From NCBI GenBank assembly GCA_002256025.1, contig NKIB01014686.1, positions 1 through 41,416 on the forward strand: DNA of 41,416 nt, read 5' to 3'. The position numbers and the translations under genes are program-made. The notes beneath the pieces are model-generated. The model saw nothing but the letters and a program-made list of their open reading frames with translations. It searched no databases and was not told where the DNA came from. The stretch comes from Asterionella formosa (taxonomy: Eukaryota). Shown here piece by piece: positions 33,761 through 41,416 of this stretch (positions within the stretch are counted from its first letter, which is position 1; each line of letters opens with the position of its first letter).

Positions 33761-34184
33761 ATGGTCCTTTCGAGTTGTCAACCAGCTGTGTGGCATGCTG
33801 AAATGGAGACTGAATTCCATGTCCTCTGTGTATACACTCATTTATTGGATGCAGTAAAAATGTAAGCACTGGAATGGCAGGTCTTCTTCTAGGAAAAGCC
33901 ATCAAGGAATCAATGGAGCTACAGCAGTAGGATAGTTGATGCTGGAAGATTTTTACGCACAATCATAATATTCCTACTGTTGCCATGAAGCGTCATATAT
34001 CAGCCAAGATAGTGTCACCCTTTTCGATTGTACCGGTAGCTTATTTCCTGTTGGAAATGGCGTCGTATATCTAGTTGTACATACCGGTACTATGATGCAT
34101 AATTGTTGCTAGTAGTGTACCAGGTATATTCCAGGTACCAGGTACCCAAATATATTACGACATAGACAGAAGGAGTGTATCTTA

Positions 34185-35099
34185 GGGTCGTTCTTATCAT
34201 TCCGAATTTGCTGTATCATTTCCGGGTTGTGGGCAAAAAATGACGGTTGGTATCAAAACACGGTATCAGCAACGGTAACTTGATGGTATCAATTTTGTAT
34301 CATTGATACAAAATTGATACCTTTTTTTGCCCCCTCCAAAAACCGTATCAGTGATACTGACGTTTTCACGCGGGTATCATTTCCGTTGTCACTGATAAAA
34401 TAACCGAAAATACGCCTGCAGGGTAGTACTTTTATTGACATCTACATAATATACACAAAAATTATTATGGTGTGCATCAAAGAAGCAGAATACAATCATT
34501 ATAGCGGCCGTGTGTGGTAATGTTCAGCCACAACACCGAAGAACGAAAACCACTGAGTCGAGAATTGAACAGATTGAGTCATGTGCATAGAGACATACCC
34601 GCTATCTAATTACAGGTACCAGTACCAGGTACCTGGTCCGGGAATTCATGACAAGGTACTAGGCAATAGAATACGAAAATGATCACGTGATTACGACATA
34701 TACTAGCTGTGCAAATACTTTGGCTTTGGCTGTCACTACCGGTACATTCTACTATCACTCGTCCAGCACGTACTAGGCAATAGAATACGAAAATGATCAC
34801 GTGACTACAACAAATACATGTCCAAATACAATTGACTATAGTAGTCCATATACATAATTCGCGTAGATTTCTTGCATGGTTTGAGGACTGGTTTGGCATC
34901 ATTTTGTACCGGTAGTCAGGAAGGAAAAGCACATGTTTGTAGCCAGCCCGTAACCGTTGAATTTTCGTGATACTTTTTGGTGATACAATTTCATTTTTAT
35001 TTTTGTGGAGAATGGATTTTTTCGGTTTAAATCGAGTAGCCGTTACATGATACTTTTTCAAAAAAAATGATACCAAATCGAAAATGATAAGAACGACCC
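34185..35099. mobile_element. 915-bp non-autonomous PIF/Harbinger (Tourist-like) DNA transposon
   Basis: Perfect 17-bp TIR GGGTCGTTCTTATCATT, extending imperfectly to about 35 bp. The 3-bp TSD TTA lies at 34182-34184 and 35100-35102. There are many subterminal GTATCA/TGATAC motifs and no transposase ORF. Confidence 0.88.
34656..34804 (+). repeat. 35-bp exact direct repeat inside the Harbinger element (34656-34690 and 34770-34804)
   Basis: gtactaggcaatagaatacgaaaatgatcacgtga occurs twice, 114 bp apart. Confidence 0.9.
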
Positions 35100-35521
35100 T
35101 TAGTTATGTCATATTTCGTAGCTAGTATCAGGTACCGTACCGGTAGTTGGATCAAACATAGTACGCACTCCCTTTGTCCGGAAGCAGTTGCATCGATTTT
35201 TCAAATTTCTCCGGCGCCATTTTGACTCCTACGATTTTCTCCGGCTCAATTGCCCTATTGTGCGGCTTGCTCCAAGCCACAGATCCATCTACTGGTATAA
35301 TATAAATAAGGGGTCATTAAACTACCCGGAGGTTACGTCGGCCTGACCATCATCAGCCAAGACCCATCGATGAGCACAATAGATATGTCGGAGCACCACG
35401 GTGTCCAACATCCGCCCATCGTCCTACGATATGTACATCACCATCACGCTCCTGTGAATTCTGTTCCACAATGAACACTCGCACGCACCGGTAGTTGCCG
35501 ACCCAAGAGGACCCGAGAAAT

Positions 35522-36830
35522 ATGGATCCCCAACCGCTTAAACGCCACGACGCTCTCTTTCCTCCGTCCCACAAGGAGCCAAATAAGCTCCTCCTCCTCA
35601 GCTATGCGACGATTGTAGCCCTGTGGGTTGGCTCGCAATTGATGATTGTCCCGTACATGGTGCACCTGCTCGTCCTCGTCACGGCGATCCTGTACGCCGC
35701 CTGCCATCACTCCATAATCTTGCTCAAAGACGAGCCTAGAACTGTGAACGCCGACGGAACTTTAGGTCCTAAAGTTTCGCAGGGGGAAACACTGCGCAAA
35801 GAAGACGCTATGCAGTTCCCCATTTTGGGCTCTATCAGTCTTTTTTCTCTCTATCTGGCTTTCAAGTTTCTCGACAAGGAACTTGTCAACCTCATGATTG
35901 GCCTCTACTTTGGAGCCGTAGGATGCTTCGCTTTGACTGCGTGTATTTCTCCAATCGCCCCGACGCTCGGTGGGCGCATTGCCTTTGAGAAGAAGATCAA
36001 ACATCCAATCCCTGATTTTATTCTAGACAATCCACTGGACATTGTGATAGATGTGAGCTATGGGGACATTGTGACCTTTATCGGATCAGCCGTCTTTTGT
36101 TACTTTTATTTTCTTAAAAAACACTGGGCCATGAACAATGTCTTGGGGATCTGTTTTTGCCTGCAAGGAATTGAGCGCTTCTCACTGGGGACATATAAGA
36201 TTGGCGCCATTTTGCTGGTTGGACTTTTCTTTTATGATATCTTTTGGGTGTAAGTTGCAAAACAGTTGTATATCTAAATATTGCATGGCTCATGTGTGTG
36301 TTTTTTCACTGCATTTGCTGCCGTTCACTAAAACTCCATGTTTGCCCTGCAGCTTCGGAACTGATGTCATGGTGACTGTTGCCAAGAACTTGGACGGCCC
36401 TATCAAGATTTTATTCCCTCGTGGTCACAATGCGGATACGGGCAAGTTGGAATTGAGCCTCTTGGGACTTGGAGATATTGTCATTCCTGGATTTTTCCTT
36501 GCCTTGTTGCTACGATTTGATGCCCATAATGCTGGTGAGATGTCGGGAGATGCTCATGCGAAATTCAAAAAGCCATACTTCCATTCGGCCTTGATCGCAT
36601 ATATCTTGGGATTGGCCACAACTCTGTACGTCATGGTTGCATTTAATGCGGCCCAACCAGCTTTGTTGTATCTTGTACCAGCGTGTTTGGGGTCGTCATT
36701 GTTTTGTGCACTCGTTAGAGGCGAGTTGAAGGAATTATTTGCTTACAGTGAAGAGGAGGAGGAAGAGGAAGAAGAAAACACCGCAGAAGCAGTGAAAGAA
36801 GAAGTAGAACAAGCAAAAAAGGACAAATAA
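35522..36830 (+). CDS. HM13: signal peptide peptidase (A22B, SPP/HM13); exons 35522-36249 and 36353-36830
   Basis: YDIFWVFGTDVMVTVAK across intron 36250-36352 (GTAAGT...TGCAG), plus LGLGD, QPALLYLVP and a C-terminal KKDK ER-retrieval signal. Confidence 0.95.
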
Positions 36831-36925
36831 ACTGCCTTTTTTGTAGTGTAATCCACTTTAACATAAATGAAGCTGTTAGTTCTGCAGCTTGTCAGAGTAT
36901 TTCATGGTGTACTATCAACTCAATC

Positions 36926-39900
36926 TCATGGGTATTCATCAGAATACTTCACAATCGTTTCTCCAACCAAGACAAAACAATCGCCGACACCAGATCGCAT
37001 ACCACTCTTGATTTGACGGCTAATCATGGGTGGACCATTAGGGAACTCGGCTTCGACAGAGCATGTCATATGAGTGGTATTGTTGCCAGTGTTGATAAAC
37101 ACCATCTGCGTCCATGCAACAAAGGTAGACCCGTACGGAACATCAGGGGTAAGGCAACGCTTCTTAATGCAAAAGCAGTACTCGTTATATGCCGTAATCT
37201 TAATTGTCTCCGTTGCCATGTTGGCAGAGACGAAGACAGACTTGGGCATTAGGTAGGTCGTTTCTTTCTCAGCGCCAATAATGTCTTTCTCATAGATACC
37301 GTCAGGAAGGTTTGGAGCACCAATAACGTCATTGTGTTTATTCCAATCACCGATAGTAATGTTTTCATATTTGGCTTCTCGAAAGATTCCGTCCTTAGTA
37401 AAGACAGAATCCTTGTCCAAAAATGCCCATCGCAGGCGATGGAAGCCAACAGGTAAATCGATCTCAAGACCGACAAACTCCAAATTCTCCGGCAACTCAA
37501 AACCATCTGGTGGACGAGGGGCTGGGCTATTGTCCGCCTTGATCAATGGCCCAAGCAGAGGACCAATAATGTCACCCTTGTCAGAAGACTCGACCTCCTT
37601 TCTCTTCTTTTTAGCTTCTCTTGAGTCCTCTCGCATTTCGCGAAGGGCTGCAAGCATAAAAGAGGCTTGATAACGCGCTTCCTTCACTCCAATCTCCATT
37701 TCCATTCCCTTTTCCTCGACGTAAGAAAAAATGTCATCTGTTACAGTGGAAAGAACATATCGTCGCATCTCTGTTCGTAGAAGGAAATTGTAAAATATCT
37801 CACACAAAGGTAGTGAAATTGTCCAATGGACGTAATACATGGAGGAAAGGAATAAAGCTACCATCTCTGTCGCTGTGAACTTCCACATCATAAGGAAAAT
37901 ATCGAAAAACTGAAGGAAAACGTTGGTAGCTTCAATGGTGCCTGGTTCCGTTTTCTCGTCGTCTGAGCCAGTGGCCGCACTGTGTTCAGCTCGAAGCTCC
38001 AATCGGCGTGCTTGGTCCTGCTTCCAGTCTTGTCGTCGTCGAAGAACATCGCGATGCGTAAACTTTATCAGCTTTTGCCAGTTGATTTTCTTAACATTCA
38101 CGGCAAGAATGAAGTAGGGTCCAACACGATATTCGATTTCAGTTTCGATCATTACTCCTCGCCGTTTCAGCTGTGGAATCATCAACCTAGGTAGAAAGAC
38201 AAGTTGAGGTGACATTGTTCATGCACCTTCATGTTATTTCTTTCGGGAAACATACCTATATAATTCGTTGGATAATTGCACAGCAACCTTTCTCGGAGTA
38301 AAGTCACTTGCCAAAGCCATTCCTGCTAATTTGACAAGATTTCCATGAGCCAATTGGCGGAAACGCTCAAAATTGTTGATCTTTGACTTTTCTTCTTCCG
38401 ACATATTCCTAGTATCTGCCCAGCGTTGATTGGCCATTCTCTCCAACTCATTGTTCACGACAGTCACGGAATGCTTGACCATGACATTTACGTACAGTGT
38501 GTTGTCATCGTGAACAATATCTTGTGTTCCCTCGTTTCCCCTACCCTTCCTATCATACTGATCCTTTGGACCAGCATTATGGTCTCCTTCCTTCATGAGT
38601 TGGTATGCATCGACAAACTTGTTTTGGACCTTGCTGAGAACACCTTGTCCTTCAGAACGAAAACGTTCTGCTTTGACGTTGCGAAGTTGGTGCCTTTCTA
38701 CCATCATGTCATAATATGCCTTATCATTGGACAAATATTTAAGCTCTTTCTCCGCATCTATGTCTACTTCTGTCAGCACGAGAAGCGCAGCTCGCTCTAC
38801 CGCATTAAGTAAGGACTGATCTGTCATGACAATTCTGCCCCGCATGATCTGGGTCAACAGCAGATCGTCGTTCGTAGCAGATGTATTGGAGGTCTTGCGC
38901 TTATTTCGGCGTAACATTGGTTTCGACTTTAATCTCTTTACTTCCAATGTAGCATTAACAGCGTTCATAGTTGCAGGAGAAAGTGGGGTCCCTGGATCAG
39001 AGAAAGTTCCAGAATTACTTCGAAATCTCATACGATCCCTGAATTGGGCTGATTTGTTCTTGTTGAGAGTATTTTTGGGATACAACGACAAGCGCCAGTC
39101 CAACAGATTTTCATTTTGTAGCTCCATAAGCTCTTTTTTGGTGCCGGGGTGCAGCGGCGCAGATTGACGAAGAATTGAAGGTGGTGGTTCCTTGTTCTGA
39201 TCCAAGTGGGCATCAGACATTTCAATTGCGAACTTTTCGGAGGGCTTGACATCAAAATCAGAAATATTTTGAACATGCCTCGCAAAGCTTGTGGACCGCT
39301 TTTGAAGGTTTGTATTATTATGTAGTGTGACATCTTCCATTTTGTCGGTTCCGGCGTTGCTACTATTTGATGGAATATCCAGTCGGTATCCTAATTTATC
39401 AATCCTCTCAAAAATACATCTCTCTTCATGAAGGTCGGCTACATCGTAAGAGGAGAATACTTTCCCGCAGCAACCGCACATCCATGCATCCCTTGTAATA
39501 TCTTTGAGTCTTGAACCATTATCTTCCGATCCCAAGAACTTCCTCGACAATGTCCGTGCCCCAGATCCAGTTCGTATGCGCTGACTTCGTAGAGTCTTAA
39601 ACTTCTTCCAGAGATTTTTATTCTTCGTCTTCTTCTTCTCTTCGCTTGTCGCCTTGCTTTCCAACGTAGTGACATCTTCTGCAATGCTCGTCAACCCATA
39701 CTCTTCGTGCACTTGAGCTTCCAAATGTTCACTTTCATTGCACTCATAAAACGCACGGGCGCTGCCTCTTTCTATGGCCAACTCATGTGATATTGCAGAT
39801 CCGTCGTCCTTGCTGATATCCGACAACGATCGACCACGAGCTGCAGATTCTGTCGACCCAAGAATCGCTGAAAGAGCAGCTTCTGCGGCGCCTTTCGCAG

Positions 39901-40027
39901 CAGCGCTCGCATCTCTGATTTTAATATTGTCCTTGAACACTACCGAGACCCTTCTAGATATCTTGCGGAGCCTCCGCTCTTGCGGGTCTATTGGGGCAGC
40001 CGTATCAGTGCCTTGGACAGGAACCAT
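36926..40027 (-). CDS. ~1010-aa protein with a C2H2/C2HC-like zinc finger, an internal hydrophobic segment and a C-terminal VASt (StART-like) domain; exons 40027-38256 and 38186-36926
   Basis: A 69-bp intron at 38187-38255 (GTATGT...CCTAG) joins SNELYR|LMIPQLKR in frame. The protein contains WMCGCCGKVFSSYDVADLHEERC and the VASt-type TPDVPYGSTF...MISRQIKSG. Confidence 0.8.
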
Positions 40028-40451
40028 GCTTGGTGAAGTAGTCGATATCGCTACTAGCGTTGAAATGGAACGCTCGAATGTGTGCAGCAGTGCCTATACG
40101 TATAATGTCTTGCTCAGAATATCCCGAAGTGTCGCTTATAGCTAAGGCATTGAGCAACAAGTCATTCACTAAAAGTGTTGAGCCCCTGTTGTGCAATCAA
40201 GAAATGGAACATGGAAGCAAGACCCTCCCGTTTTGAAGCATTGCTTGCGCATCGCTCTGATCTAAGCAATGCATGTACAGGAATATACACGGTGCATACA
40301 TACTGGTAGTGGTTGCTCTTGGGCTGCCTACGACATGCAAAATGACGGTATTTTGGCATGTTACACTACAGCACCAGTAGCACCAGGTGTGTGTGTTGAG
40401 AGGGAGAAACGCTTGCAACGGATGCCAGCGGCAGCTACATTAACAAGGAAC

Positions 40452-41416
40452 TGAGATTCTAAAGTAGTATTTAACTAGCTGTAGAGGGACCAGTACTCAC
40501 GGGAATTAAGCACTTACAGGAATCTTGGTAGGATATACGGAGTAACCGGTATATGGTACCAACACCCCCCTCAAGTGAGAAAATTCCCATGAGACGGGAC
40601 AATAATATTGCGGAGGCGGAGAAAATGGGCATCATCTTTATGTTCTTTGGTGAACAGATCAGCAACATTGGTATCCCCTGGGAGGTGGGTGACAAAGATT
40701 TCGGAAAAACGGTGAGCGTCGCGCACAGCCATGTTGCGGATATTAATATGCCGCATCTTTTTGTTAGCACAGTTGTGGGACCAGTCCACAGCACCTCGGT
40801 TGTCATTCCAAAGAGGGGTGGGGAGAGTTACATCAGGCATGTGGAGGTCACTAAGGATATGGCGGATGAATTGGGTAACCTTGGTGCCCTCATCTGCAGA
40901 TTTGATTTCAGATTCGCAGGTACTGCGGCTCACACGAGGTTCACGAATGACATGCCAGGCAATGGGGCCACCTGTACGTGTACTGATGGAACCAAGAAGG
41001 GAGCAACACTCGGCAAGAGAGATGATGTCGGTGGGGTTGGGTTTGGAAGCATCTTGGGGGCCCCAGTTGGCATCGGTGTAAGTGGTGAGAGTGGGAGTGT
41101 CCTTGGGCCAGCCAAAGGTGGTGGAGAGGTATGAGGAAGCAAATTGCGAGGTAAAGGCAATGCCATGATCGGCAGAGCCAGCCAGGTATCGTAACACATA
41201 CTTGGCACCTAAAAGGTGAGCAGGGGTGGCATAGGAGTTGTGCTGAGCCAGGAGAGTGAGGGCCACAGAGACATCAGGACGTGTGCTGACAGCCAGCCAA
41301 TTGAGAGCCCCAATGAGTGACTGGTATTGTGTAATAATGGCCGCGCGAGCTTTGGGGGAAAGTTCAGCACCATCAGGCACAATGCGGTCATAGACCAGGC
41401 CAGAGCGATAAGGGGT
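40452..41416 (-). mobile_element. 3' end of a Ty1/Copia LTR retrotransposon (CoDi-like), truncated by the window edge
   Basis: RT/RNase H ORF, then PPT GAGGGGGG, then an LTR starting TGTTGG at 40564 and probably ending ...AGAATCTCA at 40452 (~113 bp; this end is inferred). Confidence 0.9.
40571..41416 (-). CDS. Copia pol C-terminus (RT end + RNase H), uninterrupted
   Basis: Motifs YQSLIGALNWLAVSTRPD, YTDANWG, SRSTCESE, DNRGAV, RHINIR and NVADLFTK. The frame is open to the window edge. Confidence 0.93.
   Translation of the reverse strand, partial: TPYRSGLVYDRIVPDGAELSPKARAAIITQYQSLIGALNWLAVSTRPDVSVALTLLAQHNSYATPAHLLGAKYVLRYLAGSADHGIAFTSQFASSYLSTTFGWPKDTPTLTTYTDANWGPQDASKPNPTDIISLAECCSLLGSISTRTGGPIAWHVIREPRVSRSTCESEIKSADEGTKVTQFIRHILSDLHMPDVTLPTPLWNDNRGAVDWSHNCANKKMRHINIRNMAVRDAHRFSEIFVTHLPGDTNVADLFTKEHKDDAHFLRLRNIIVPSHGNFLT

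Overview
Gene-dense eukaryotic nuclear DNA, most likely from a diatom: it has short GT-AG introns of 69-146 bp, a perfect ASAFAP plastid-targeting motif, and Copia and Gypsy LTR elements. The species cannot be determined from the sequence. About 18 protein-coding genes are supported: a plastid-targeted ABCB half-transporter, a CaaX-bearing vWA protein, a cytochrome P450, a Reb1/TTF1-like Myb factor, a SURP splicing factor, AIM24, a 2H phosphoesterase, USP14/UBP6, alpha-SNAP, a 2OG-Fe(II) oxygenase, V-ATPase subunit c, signal peptide peptidase, a zinc-finger/VASt protein and several hypotheticals. The window also holds tRNA-Val(UAC), a decayed Ty3/Gypsy element with both LTRs, the 3' end of an apparently intact Ty1/Copia element, a 915-bp non-autonomous PIF/Harbinger element, a 102-bp TA-flanked MITE and one assembly gap. 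The most striking unexplained structure is a family of TA-C(n)G-TA palindromic words (TACCGGTA, TACCAGGTA/TACCTGGTA and variants). They crowd the gene-upstream spacers but were not seen in coding DNA, convergent 3' spacers or the old Gypsy body. One local duplication differs by exactly such an insert, and a TA-flanked CC...GG-ended MITE is present. I interpret the words, as inference, as accumulated Tc1/mariner-type excision footprints in open chromatin. Other candidates are a 6-nt microexon in the SURP gene and a UIM-like insert in USP14. All counts and identities are manual estimates.
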